This document shows, in pieces, positions 18,976 to 28,353 of a stretch of DNA of 64,000 nt. Origin of the DNA: Promethearchaeota archaeon (GTDB lineage: Archaea > Asgardarchaeota > Lokiarchaeia > Sigyniarchaeales > SOKP01); the NCBI GenBank assembly GCA_048941285.1, contig JBHLNS010000008.1, positions 37,361 to 101,360 on the forward strand, given 5' to 3'. The notes beneath the pieces were generated by a model that saw nothing but the letters and a program-made list of their open reading frames with translations, was not told where the DNA came from and searched no databases. Made by a program: the position numbers and the translations under genes. How positions within the stretch are numbered: position 1 is the stretch's first letter; every line of letters starts with the position of its first letter.

Positions 18976-20580
18976 TTAATGTCGGAAAACTCTTTTTCCA
19001 CAGAATATTAAAGCACAGCCTAATTCGTCTGCGCGTTTAATTACTTCCTTGTCTCTTATGGAACCTCCGGGATTAATAATAGCTTTTGCACCACTATTTA
19101 CAGCAACTTCTAAACCATCAGGAAATGGAAAAAAAGAATCTGTACCCATAAAGGCCCCTTTTAGTTCTTCTTCATGCCCAAATTCTTTTGCTTTTTGAGC
19201 TGCTAACTTAACTACATGAACTCTACTATGTTGTCCAGCTCCAATACCCAATGTATAAATACCATCATCATAGATTTGAGCAAAACATGCTGAATTTGAT
19301 TTAGCCCATTTTGATACTCTATAAGCAAAAAGTAATGCCTCTTTTTCAAGTTCATTTACTTTTTTTTTGCTAACTACATTCCATTCTTTAACAATTGGTT
19401 TAGTATCATACTCTTGAACAAGAATACCCCCTAATACTCCCCTAATTTCTAAATTCTTATTAATTTTACTACTTTTACTAATTAATTCTTTATAGTCAAT
19501 AATTCTTAAATTCTCCTTTTGTTTTAATATCTCTAAAGCTTCTTCCTCGAAAGAGGGTGCGATTATAACTTCTACAAATATTTTTTCTTGATTTATGATA
19601 AAATCTGCTACTTCCCTCTTTAGTTCTTTGTTAACTCCCCAAATCCCTCCGAATGCAGATAAAGGATCTGTACTAAATGCTTTTTTAACTGAGGTTAATT
19701 GATCTTTTTTATCTATAGCTACCCCATTTGGACTTGTATGTTTTAAAATTGCTGTTACGTAGTGTTGAGTATCAAAATCCAAAAGAACCCGTATACAAGA
19801 GTCTATATCTAAATAATTGTTAAATGAGAGGTCTTTACCACTAAGTTGTTTCAAGAGATGAAGCCCATATTGAGAAGAAGTATCTTTATAATAAGCAGCT
19901 TCTTGATCCCAGTTTTCTCCATATCTGCAATCTTGTACTTTTTCATAAACTTTTATCATGGTATTAGGAAAAATAGCAGCTGGATTGTAAAATTTTTGTA
20001 AAAAGTTTGCAATTGAAGCATTATAATCTGCCATAATTGAAAAAACCTCTTGGGCTAGTAATAATCGAGTATTTTCGGTAATTGCTCCCTTATTTTTTCT
20101 CATCTCATCAATAATTTCATCATAATATTCTGGACTGGGAACTACAATAACATCTGGAAAATTTTTTGCTGCTGCGCGAATCATTGTAGGGCCACCGATA
20201 TCAATCATCTCTAATGCATCATCAATTTTTATTCCAGGTTTCTCAATTGCTTCTTTAAATTGATATAAATTACAAACAACCATATCGATTGGTTTAATAT
20301 TATATTTTTCAGCTTCGTCGGTATCTTTCTTTAATCCTCTACGATATAAAATGCCTCCTTCAATTCTTGGATGTAATGTCTTAATTCTGCCATTAAACAT
20401 CTCAGGAGTTTCAGTGAAGTTAGAGATTTTTGTATAAGAAATTCCATTTTTCTCCAAAATATTTCCAGTACCTCCTGTAGATAAGATGTCAACTCCAAAC
20501 TCACTTACCAATACCTTTACAAACTCAAGGATTCCAGTTTTATCAAAGACACTAATAATTGCTCTTTCTATTTTTTTCAT
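18976..20580 (-). CDS. purH: Bifunctional AICAR transformylase/IMP cyclohydrolase
   Basis: AIISVFDKTG, STGGT, GRIKTLHP, IDIGGPTMIRAAAKN, RYGEN, SFNN, KH, DSFFPF, PGGSIRD, RVFRH; ATG at 20580 preferred over TTG at 20589. Confidence 0.95.
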   Translation of the reverse strand: MKKIERAIISVFDKTGILEFVKVLVSEFGVDILSTGGTGNILEKNGISYTKISNFTETPEMFNGRIKTLHPRIEGGILYRRGLKKDTDEAEKYNIKPIDMVVCNLYQFKEAIEKPGIKIDDALEMIDIGGPTMIRAAAKNFPDVIVVPSPEYYDEIIDEMRKNKGAITENTRLLLAQEVFSIMADYNASIANFLQKFYNPAAIFPNTMIKVYEKVQDCRYGENWDQEAAYYKDTSSQYGLHLLKQLSGKDLSFNNYLDIDSCIRVLLDFDTQHYVTAILKHTSPNGVAIDKKDQLTSVKKAFSTDPLSAFGGIWGVNKELKREVADFIINQEKIFVEVIIAPSFEEEALEILKQKENLRIIDYKELISKSSKINKNLEIRGVLGGILVQEYDTKPIVKEWNVVSKKKVNELEKEALLFAYRVSKWAKSNSACFAQIYDDGIYTLGIGAGQHSRVHVVKLAAQKAKEFGHEEELKGAFMGTDSFFPFPDGLEVAVNSGAKAIINPGGSIRDKEVIKRADELGCALIFCGKRVFRH

Positions 20581-20639
20581 AAAAATCAATTTGGACTAAT
20601 TTAGTTACATTTTAATAATATATGTAAAATAGAAAAGTT

Positions 20640-20679
20640 TACTATTGTTGAAACCTAAATTTATAAAGTTTCAATAGTA
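20640..20679. promoter_or_regulatory. Inverted repeat TTGAAAC-N13-GTTTCAA enclosing a TATA-like box between purH and the SRPBCC gene
   Basis: tactattgttgaaac-ctaaatttataaa-gtttcaatagta; outer arms tactattg/caatagta are also complementary. Confidence 0.4.
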
Positions 20680-20796
20680 GAATACAAAGCAATTAGTATT
20701 ATAAAAAAATCCTGTTTTTTTCTATTTCTACGACACAAATGTATAAAAATGATGATGCCCTAAATTAAACCGAAATCAAATGGAGGTTATCATTAT

Positions 20797-21228
20797 ATGA
20801 GATTAGAGAAAAAAATTGAGATTAATTCTACTCCTAAAAGGATATATGATATTGTAATTGATGGTGAAATTGTAACAAAATGGAACTTAGGGGTTGATGA
20901 TATACAACCGAAAGAGGAAGGTAAAAATTTTCTGTTAAAAACTAAAGTTGGAGATATCCTAATTGTTAATTGGGAACAAAAGGAAAATGAATATGTAACT
21001 TGGCATATGAAAGATAGTGACATGAATTCTATTGGATATATTCTAAAACCAAAAGGAGATATGGTGCATACAACCCTATGGGTTGATTTTGAGAACAAGA
21101 AACTCAAAAAGTCTTTTGAGAAAATAGGTGACTTAACATTAAAAAGTTTAAAGAATTTCATTGATTTTATTGAAGAAGGTGGAAACATAGAAGATTATGA
21201 TAAGAAACAACTCATGGTAATTCCTTAA
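20797..21228 (+). CDS. SRPBCC (START-like) family protein
   Basis: KIEINSTPKRIYDIV..KWN N-terminus and C-terminal LKSLKNFIE helix; GGAGGT ribosome-binding site upstream. Confidence 0.75.
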   Translation: MRLEKKIEINSTPKRIYDIVIDGEIVTKWNLGVDDIQPKEEGKNFLLKTKVGDILIVNWEQKENEYVTWHMKDSDMNSIGYILKPKGDMVHTTLWVDFENKKLKKSFEKIGDLTLKSLKNFIDFIEEGGNIEDYDKKQLMVIP

Positions 21229-21241
21229 GTTATTCCTAATC

Positions 21242-21253
21242 TTTTTTTTTTTT
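21242..21253 (+). terminator. Poly-T archaeal-type terminator candidate
   Basis: Run of 12 T directly after the SRPBCC stop, between convergent genes. Confidence 0.4.
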
Positions 21254-21282
21254 ATATAAAGGCTGAAAGTCAGCGAGGAAAA

Positions 21283-22758
21283 TTAAAACTTTCCAATAAG
21301 ATCATGAGGTTGAGTTTCAAGTTGCCCTACTGCTGAAATAATTCCTAAAGCAGCTTCCTTCATCTCTTGAACAGATTTTGCTCCCGCATATATCATCCCG
21401 TTAGCTAATCCTTCTTTTAATGTTGCTAAAACTCCATTTACATCTCCCACATAAGGCACATAATTTGAAACTCCCTCTGTTAGCATTTTTGAACCTTCAA
21501 CATAACGATCTGATATATAACCAAATGTTCTTGCTTCTTTACTTCCCATTCCGCGATAGACTTTTACCTTCCTTCCAGCGATAGTGTCAATAAAACCTGG
21601 AGATTCATCTGTACCAGCAAAAAAATGTCCAGACATTATCAAATCAGCCCCAGCAGCAATCGCTTTTGGTAAGTCACCTGGTTTAGTAAAACCTCCGTCT
21701 GCAATTAATGATAATTTTGGATTATAATCTTGTATGGCATCAGCTACTTGCGCTGTAGCAAATAGAGTAGGAGCACCAACTCCAGTTTGTATCGAAGTTG
21801 TGCAAATAGACCCAGAGCCCATTCCCACTTTCAATCCAATAAATCTTTCCTCTACAAAATCACATTTTGTAATCAAATATTCTGCTGCTTGATAAGTTCC
21901 AATATTCCCAAGAACAAAATCAGAATTTAAGAGCTTCATAATTTTTGCTGTACCTTCAATGTCAGCCTTTTTAAAAAAATCAGCAACATCAATAAAGAAA
22001 ATGTCAACATATTTATCAATTTCTTTTAACATATTCTGAGCTTGTGAGGATTCTGGAAATCTAGGTGACAATGCTAAAGCACATAATAAATGTCCTTCTT
22101 CATCTTTTGAAGCGAGAGGAAATTCTGGAGCTAAATCTTTTTTCGTAATCAATCCTTTTAAATACCCATCTTTGTCTATAATTGGCAATTTTTCTTTCCG
22201 TGACTCATAAAGAATTTTCAAAGCATCCTCCCTAGAGGCTCCTGGTTTAATAGAAATGACATTTTTTGTCATATAATCTTTTACAACCCCATTTTGCATA
22301 TCATGCTCTGAAAAGGGAATATCCCGCTTGGTGAAAATACCACAAACTTTCTTAGATTCGTTTACTACCACTATACCGCTTATATTATAGTTATCCATCA
22401 TGTATTTTGCTTTAGCAACTTTGGCATCAGGATTAATAGTAGCTACATGTTCATCATCAATTACAAAGGATCTAGCTCTTTTTACAATTCTACACATTTC
22501 TAATTGTCTCTCGTAGGAGCAATTACGGTGGAGAACTCCTAATCCCCCATGTAATGCCATATTGATCGCCATTAACTCCTCAGTAACAGTGTCCATAGCT
22601 GAAGACATTATAGGAAGTGCTAAATGATGATTTCCTAAATTTGAGGATAAATCAATTTCTTGAGGCGTGAAATTTGTAAATCCGGGGAGGATCAATACAT
22701 CTTGAAATGTAGCAATTATATCTTCTGAATGGACTTTTTTGCGATAATTCTCAGTAAT
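21283..22758 (-). CDS. guaB: IMP dehydrogenase with CBS pair; probable ATT start at 22758 (ORF track start 22695)
   Basis: SSAMDTVTE, GGLGVLHRN, GMGSGSICTT (catalytic Cys), ADGG, YRGMGS; conserved TFQDVLILPG begins upstream of the called TTG. Confidence 0.95.
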   Translation of the reverse strand: MTENYRKKVHSEDIIATFQDVLILPGFTNFTPQEIDLSSNLGNHHLALPIMSSAMDTVTEELMAINMALHGGLGVLHRNCSYERQLEMCRIVKRARSFVIDDEHVATINPDAKVAKAKYMMDNYNISGIVVVNESKKVCGIFTKRDIPFSEHDMQNGVVKDYMTKNVISIKPGASREDALKILYESRKEKLPIIDKDGYLKGLITKKDLAPEFPLASKDEEGHLLCALALSPRFPESSQAQNMLKEIDKYVDIFFIDVADFFKKADIEGTAKIMKLLNSDFVLGNIGTYQAAEYLITKCDFVEERFIGLKVGMGSGSICTTSIQTGVGAPTLFATAQVADAIQDYNPKLSLIADGGFTKPGDLPKAIAAGADLIMSGHFFAGTDESPGFIDTIAGRKVKVYRGMGSKEARTFGYISDRYVEGSKMLTEGVSNYVPYVGDVNGVLATLKEGLANGMIYAGAKSVQEMKEAALGIISAVGQLETQPHDLIGKF

Positions 22759-22886
22759 TTCTAGTCACCTTCTTGAAAATCAAATATAAATTGATTTCTA
22801 TTCCTATTAAAACATATATAAATTATATCAGACTTAAAAATTTTAGTATTGAATTACTGATTAAAAAAAAAGAAAAATTAAAAAAT

Positions 22887-23702
22887 TTAGACTGGAATAT
22901 CTCGTTTATTAAATATTATAATGGATGAAGTTGCCAAACCTATAGAATAACCTAAAAGGATTAAAACATGTAACGCTACGTTATCCCAAATATGGTTCAC
23001 GAGGAGATTAGACATATCTGAATAAAAGAAGATGCTCATACGTTTAATCTCTTGAACTCCTTCTGGAAATGATTTCCAAAATTGTCCAACGGCGTAGAAA
23101 AATATCACTGCTCCTAATCCTAAAGCTAATGCCTTTTTTGACGATAAGAAAGTAGAGAAAACGAATCCCGTACTTATTAATGCAACCATAAAAATAAAAT
23201 TCCATAAAAATGCGAAGAGTATTTCGTTGAAAAAAATATCATTAGCATTTACGGAAGGAAATATTAAAATTCCTGAAAGAACGCTCATCATGACAAAATA
23301 ATATATTATTAAAATTTCAATAATTAGAGATAAATACTTCCCTAAACTAAGTTCGAAGCGTTTAACGGGTTTTGAGAGTAACATTTCAATTGTTTTATCC
23401 TCTATCTCTTTTGGGATGTTCTGTGCAGACTTTAATATAAAATAGATACCAAAGTAGAAAAAAGATACTGAAAACAAATAAACGTTAAGAAAACCTCCAA
23501 ATTCAGCGAGATTATAAAATTCTCCAACAATCTGCTTGATAGCATCGGGATAACCCTCAAATATTTCCTCCATACCGGCAAATAGCTCAGGATCAAAAAA
23601 TGTTACAAACCAGATGAAGAAGAGTGACATAATACCTGTATAAATCAAGAGACTTTTGTAATGATTTTGTAGTTCATTCCAGACAATTTGTATTACTTTC
23701 AT
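22887..23702 (-). CDS. ABC-2 type transporter permease
   Basis: EIEDKTIEMLLSKPVKR and C-terminal FNKRDI; 6 TM segments; ATGA overlap with the ATPase gene. Confidence 0.88.
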   Translation of the reverse strand: MKVIQIVWNELQNHYKSLLIYTGIMSLFFIWFVTFFDPELFAGMEEIFEGYPDAIKQIVGEFYNLAEFGGFLNVYLFSVSFFYFGIYFILKSAQNIPKEIEDKTIEMLLSKPVKRFELSLGKYLSLIIEILIIYYFVMMSVLSGILIFPSVNANDIFFNEILFAFLWNFIFMVALISTGFVFSTFLSSKKALALGLGAVIFFYAVGQFWKSFPEGVQEIKRMSIFFYSDMSNLLVNHIWDNVALHVLILLGYSIGLATSSIIIFNKRDIPV

Positions 23703-24655
23703 GCGATTTCCCCTCCTTTTGATCCACTTTCTTCATAATACTGCAAAAAAATATTCTCTAGTGTTGAATGTGTAATCGAGAAATCTTTTATAGGCATACC
23801 AGCCCAATCTCTTTCACTAATTTCGCATAATATCTTTCGAGTTGAATATGGTGGTAATAAAAATTCAAGTTGATTTTGGAAATCATATTTTATTATCGAT
23901 TCAGGGTACTCTGATCCTAAGAATTTTTTAAATGACTTCTTACTTTCTGGAGTTTTAAATAACAATTCTATATGTTTCAAATTTTTAGCTTTAAGTTCGT
24001 CTACTTCAGATATTTCAGCTATTTTTCCCTTCTTGATAATAGCTACTTGATCACAGAATTTATCTACTTCAGCGAGAACATGACTACAAAGAAATACAGT
24101 GCAATTTGATTCTTTCTGGCGCTCTGATACGATTCGATAAAATTCTGACTGCATCAAAGGATCTAACCCCGAAGTAGGTTCATCCATTATTAATAAATCA
24201 AATTTACCCATTAATGCTGATAATACACCAACTTTTTGTTTATTACCCTTACTTAAAACTCCCACCTTTCGATTCATATCTAGTTTAAGACGTTCTGTTA
24301 TTTCTTTTACAAATTCCCAATCTATATCTATATCATAAAGTTTAGCAAAATATTTTATCAGTTCATATGCGGTCATATTTTTATATAGTCCCAATTCACC
24401 TGGTAAATATCCAATTCGGTTTCGAACCATTATATCCTTTTTTGGATTGATCTTTTCCCCTAATATTGTAATATCTCCAGCATCAGGATTAAGAAAACCA
24501 AGTATACATCGAATCGTGGTAGTTTTTCCTGCTCCATTTGGTCCTAAATACCCAAATCGTGATCCTTGGGGCACCTCAAATGAAATGTCGTCAACAGCTT
24601 TAACTCTACCGCGATTATAATATTTGATTAAATTTTCAACTTCTATAGCATTCAT
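23699..24655 (-). CDS. ABC-2 type transporter ATP-binding protein
   Basis: GPNGAGKTT, LSKGNKQK, DEPTSGLDP, SH. Confidence 0.93.
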   Translation of the reverse strand: MNAIEVENLIKYYNRGRVKAVDDISFEVPQGSRFGYLGPNGAGKTTTIRCILGFLNPDAGDITILGEKINPKKDIMVRNRIGYLPGELGLYKNMTAYELIKYFAKLYDIDIDWEFVKEITERLKLDMNRKVGVLSKGNKQKVGVLSALMGKFDLLIMDEPTSGLDPLMQSEFYRIVSERQKESNCTVFLCSHVLAEVDKFCDQVAIIKKGKIAEISEVDELKAKNLKHIELLFKTPESKKSFKKFLGSEYPESIIKYDFQNQLEFLLPPYSTRKILCEISERDWAGMPIKDFSITHSTLENIFLQYYEESGSKGGEIA

Positions 24656-24681
24656 TTTGATTGACCTTAAGTTTTTTATTT

Positions 24682-24753
24682 TTCATGAATAATAAAGAAC
24701 CCAATAAAATAATATGAAGAATGCATATTTAAATGTTCTTCATCCTTCATGAA
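24682..24753. promoter_or_regulatory. Candidate operator array in the divergent ABC/regulator promoter
   Basis: TTCATGAA at 24682-24689 and 24746-24753; ATGAAGAA/TTCTTCAT inverted pair at 24714-24721 and 24736-24743. Confidence 0.5.
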
Positions 24754-24800
24754 AGATAAAAAATTATAAATAGTTTCTTGCACATTAATTATAGTAAGAA

Positions 24801-25319
24801 ATGATAGATGAGGAACTTTTGCTCGAAAATCATAAATTTGAGGGCAAAATTAAAGAATATGAACAAATTCTTATTGATTTTGTATTAGATTCAGGAAGAG
24901 CAAAAAGTGTTGATCCAAATCTTCAGTTAATTCTTGGATACATTGGAATACACAAAAGATTAACTCAAAAACAGTTAAAAGGGCTAACAGGGCTTTCTTC
25001 AGGTACAATTTCAAAGAAATTGAGAGATATATTAGCTTTACATGTTGTAAAAAAAGAAAGTATCCCGAAATCTAATGAATATCTTTATATCAATACCCCT
25101 GAAACTTATGGAGACACAGCTGATGCAACTCTAGAAGAATTCATAGAAATTAATGAATTTCTTAAAAAAAAAGTTAGTGTGCTTGAGAAACTTAACGATA
25201 AAAAAGGAGCTAAATTTCTTTCACATCGAATAAAAGGATTAATAAAGACTTTTGATACAGTTCAAAATATCTGGTCTGATATAGAGTTTATTTTTACACA
25301 AAAAAAGGATAAAAATTAA
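24801..25319 (+). CDS. GbsR/MarR-like winged-helix regulator (subunit A)
   Basis: LTQKQLKGLTGLSSGTISKKL helix-turn-helix. Confidence 0.8.
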   Translation: MIDEELLLENHKFEGKIKEYEQILIDFVLDSGRAKSVDPNLQLILGYIGIHKRLTQKQLKGLTGLSSGTISKKLRDILALHVVKKESIPKSNEYLYINTPETYGDTADATLEEFIEINEFLKKKVSVLEKLNDKKGAKFLSHRIKGLIKTFDTVQNIWSDIEFIFTQKKDKN

Positions 25320-25321
25320 AA

Positions 25322-25852
25322 ATGAAATTAGAGGAAATATTTGATCCTAAAATTATAGAGATTGAAAAGGAGATTATTGATAAACTATTAAATTATACAG
25401 TTTTTACTGTTCGGGGTGAAATAACATCAACGATACTCTTCTATTTTATAACTCGGAAAGATTTAACACAATCTAAGCTCCGAAAATTGACTGGTTTTTC
25501 TGCGGGAAAAATTTCTCAGGAACTTAATAATTTTCTAGAATTTAATTTAATAAAAATTTCTAAATATTCAAAACCATGGGTTTATTCTATGGATTCTGTA
25601 GTGACAGAAACCTTCAGTAGAGCAATTAACCTCTTGAAAGCAAATATTAAATGGGAGGAGAAATTCCTCGAAATAAAAAAAGATTTGGATAATAATAAAG
25701 AAACACTTCAAAAATTAAATGGATACGACAAAGTAAAAGATTTTCTTGAGATAAATCTAATGAGATTTGCTGGTTTTAAGGTTATAATAAAACTTTGGGA
25801 AGATCTTAAAAAAAAATATGAAAATAAATCCCTACCAAATCAGGGGAATTAA
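25322..25852 (+). CDS. GbsR/MarR-like winged-helix regulator (subunit B)
   Basis: LTQSKLRKLTGFSAGKISQEL helix-turn-helix; starts 2 bp after subunit A. Confidence 0.8.
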   Translation: MKLEEIFDPKIIEIEKEIIDKLLNYTVFTVRGEITSTILFYFITRKDLTQSKLRKLTGFSAGKISQELNNFLEFNLIKISKYSKPWVYSMDSVVTETFSRAINLLKANIKWEEKFLEIKKDLDNNKETLQKLNGYDKVKDFLEINLMRFAGFKVIIKLWEDLKKKYENKSLPNQGN

Positions 25853-26512
25853 TTTTTTCTTGGTTTTTTGAGCATATTCTGTGTATCCTTCAAGCTCTTC
25901 ATGTAGCATTCTATCCTCCAAAACGGTACGAATTATTAACCCGGCAACTCCAAGCATTGTAGGTATAAGTGAATAAAGAGAACCAAGGGCTAAACAATAA
26001 AATACTATAAATAAAACAAATCCAAAATACATTGGATGCCGTACTAATCTATAAGGTCCAGTAGTTATTACTTTATGATCTCGATCTTTTTGAATCTCGA
26101 CTGATTTTGACAAAAAAGTGTTTTCTTTCATTACTAAAAAGATAATTGCTAATCCTAAAGTCATTCCAATAAACCCAATGATTTCAACCCAGAATGGAAT
26201 GTATGACCAGCCATACTTTCGTTCAAATCCTGGTATCATAAATGTTGGAAAAAATCCGAATCCCATTAATATCATGACAATTTTATCCCATTTTTCTGTG
26301 AATTTGGGTTTAGCCCTTTTCTGGAGCATTTCAGGGTCGTGTTTATCAAAATATAAGACTACTGTTGTGAAAAAGATTGAAAATATAATAAGATAGATCC
26401 ACGTCTCAAGCCAGAAAAATGTTCCCGCTGGGATAAATAAACCTAATCCTAGGAAGGCGGTAACAATATATACAATTAATAATAATGTTGATTTGGTAAT
26501 TTTTTTAGGCAT
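25832..26512 (-). CDS. Isoprenylcysteine carboxyl methyltransferase (ICMT/PEMT) family protein
   Basis: HKVITTGPYRLVRHPMY, RTVLEDRML, YTEYAQKTKKKLIP; multi-TM. Confidence 0.88.
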   Translation of the reverse strand: MPKKITKSTLLLIVYIVTAFLGLGLFIPAGTFFWLETWIYLIIFSIFFTTVVLYFDKHDPEMLQKRAKPKFTEKWDKIVMILMGFGFFPTFMIPGFERKYGWSYIPFWVEIIGFIGMTLGLAIIFLVMKENTFLSKSVEIQKDRDHKVITTGPYRLVRHPMYFGFVLFIVFYCLALGSLYSLIPTMLGVAGLIIRTVLEDRMLHEELEGYTEYAQKTKKKLIPLIW

Positions 26513-26594
26513 AAATAAGATTAATTTTTATCACATTTAACATTATTAGACATTTTTCTAAAAATAATATTAGATAGCATTCTGTTTTTACTAA

Positions 26595-26819
26595 TACAAA
26601 ATTATACGACATCCAATATATTTTAGCGCGATTTTTATAATGTTAGGTAAATATTTAGCTTTTAGATCTATATTTTTATTAATTTGCATGACGATATTGA
26701 ATATTTCTCTATTGAGAATGTGAATAAAAATAGAAGAAAAAATGTTGATCGGGACATTTGGTGTTGAATATAAAGACTACATGAAGAAAAGTAAAAGATT
26801 AATTCCATTTATTTATTAA
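26595..26819 (+). pseudogene. ICMT-family gene remnant
   Basis: Manual translation YKIIRHPIYF...LLRM*IKIEEKMLIGTFGVEYKDYMKKSKRLIPFIY*; in-frame TGA at 26721-26723, upstream in-frame TAA, N-terminal half missing. Confidence 0.75.
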
Positions 26820-26981
26820 TAGGACTATTCTAATTCCCTTTTTTTCTTTTTTTTTATGTATACGGATATCACGTAAAGATAAATTTCTAGTATATATTAA
26901 TTAGATAAAATTAGTATAGGACTTCTTAAGTGCAAGATATCTTCAACTTACTAGAGATCAAATTAAAAATTTAGTAGAAAA

Positions 26982-28286
26982 ATGAGCACTGAAACTGAAA
27001 TTACTGAGGAAAACGTAATTGATTATCTAATCGAAAAGAGTAAAAGCAAATTTGGTTTGTTTTCTATTAATTATATTCTAATAAATTGTAAAATTAAAGA
27101 ATTGTTAGAATTTATTTCCGATTATGGGATTACGGTTCCTGAAAAACCATTTATTAGCAGACTTGAATATATAAAGCTTATTTTAACACATTTAACTAAT
27201 ACTTATAACTCAACAGATTGGCAAAAAAGATTTGAGAATCCTTTAGAATATTGTGGATATGCTGTAATTAATTCAAAAACATTCAAGAAATATCTATATC
27301 ATTTAGACTTCATTGCAAAGCAAGATTTGAGTGAAACTTTTGCTGATTATTGTGCTGATCACGAAATAACTGTTCATAATACCTCCTATAATTCTATTAC
27401 ACCTAAAATGGATATGTACTTAACAATGAAAAAATCAAAAGTCAAGACTGCAGCTGTATTTGTTATGAATGGAGTCAATGTTAATGATAATAGATATCTC
27501 GAGGTAAAAGATTCAATTAAGCTAGCTGCTAAGATTGCGAGTTGGAATATTTTTGTAACAACACCCATAGGAGTTCTTAGAATAGGGTTGAGAAATTTAA
27601 TTTATGATATGAAAAATTTAAATTGTTGGCTTTATGTTGTAGATCCATCAAGGAAAATAGTTTATGGTGTTATAAAGGCAAAAAAGAACGATGATTATGA
27701 TCTTGAAATGCGAAATCAGTTTATTAAAAAACTTCCAAAAGAACCAATGAGAGCTCCTTCGCAAGTAATAAAATTATCAGATTATTATTTCGACGAATCT
27801 AATTCGTTTGACTCTTATAATTTTAGACTTTTTGATATCTATAATGACTTAGAACATAATAAGTTAATGCTTAAAGAATCTAATGCGCCAAAATATTCGG
27901 ATATTTTCAGAGATTTAATAATAATGGAAAAAACTAGTGGAGCGCCTTTAATAAACTATGCTAGCGAAAATTTCAAGGAACAGGCATTAGTATCAGGTTT
28001 TTTAGCTGCAATGGATTCATTTGTTACTCAAATTGGAGGCTCAAAGATGGAAGAGATTAATTATAAAGGTCTTTATGTTCAAGCAAGTTATGGTAAAGAT
28101 ATTGAAATTGTATGTTTTTTATTTAAACCACCAGACTCAAGTTTTAAGGAAAGGCTTAATTATCTTTCTAATCTTATTGAAGCACTTTATCAAGATCAAA
28201 TTGATTTATTTAAGAAAACTGGTAATGTTAATTTATTTGATGAAGATGAGATATTATCAATTACTAAAGAGATCCTTGATATTTAA
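26982..28286 (+). CDS. Hypothetical protein with C-terminal longin-like domain
   Basis: C-terminal DLIIMEKTSGAPL...ALVSGFLAAMDSFVTQIGG...EEINYKG; N-terminal part unassigned. Confidence 0.65.
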   Translation: MSTETEITEENVIDYLIEKSKSKFGLFSINYILINCKIKELLEFISDYGITVPEKPFISRLEYIKLILTHLTNTYNSTDWQKRFENPLEYCGYAVINSKTFKKYLYHLDFIAKQDLSETFADYCADHEITVHNTSYNSITPKMDMYLTMKKSKVKTAAVFVMNGVNVNDNRYLEVKDSIKLAAKIASWNIFVTTPIGVLRIGLRNLIYDMKNLNCWLYVVDPSRKIVYGVIKAKKNDDYDLEMRNQFIKKLPKEPMRAPSQVIKLSDYYFDESNSFDSYNFRLFDIYNDLEHNKLMLKESNAPKYSDIFRDLIIMEKTSGAPLINYASENFKEQALVSGFLAAMDSFVTQIGGSKMEEINYKGLYVQASYGKDIEIVCFLFKPPDSSFKERLNYLSNLIEALYQDQIDLFKKTGNVNLFDEDEILSITKEILDI

Positions 28287-28305
28287 AAACTTTCCAAAAT
28301 TCAAA

Positions 28306-28315
28306 TTTCATGAAA
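28306..28315. promoter_or_regulatory. TTTCATGAAA palindrome upstream of the fused regulator
   Basis: Same core as the 24682/24746 sites, just upstream of a TTTAAATA TATA-like box. Confidence 0.45.
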
Positions 28316-28353
28316 ACATTTAAATAAACGTCTAACCTATATTTAATTAAGAG

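Noticed and set aside
20648-20675. TTGAAAC/GTTTCAAT resembles CRISPR repeat ends
   Set aside because: Only one inverted pair; no repeat-spacer periodicity and no cas genes in the window
22777-22797. AAATCAA/TTGATTT inverted repeat upstream of guaB
   Set aside because: Short, almost all A/T, expected by chance at this composition, and different from the purH repeat
26721-26723. In-frame TGA as selenocysteine (Lokiarchaeia use Sec)
   Set aside because: It aligns with a conserved Arg rather than Cys, and the frame lacks the N-terminal half of the gene
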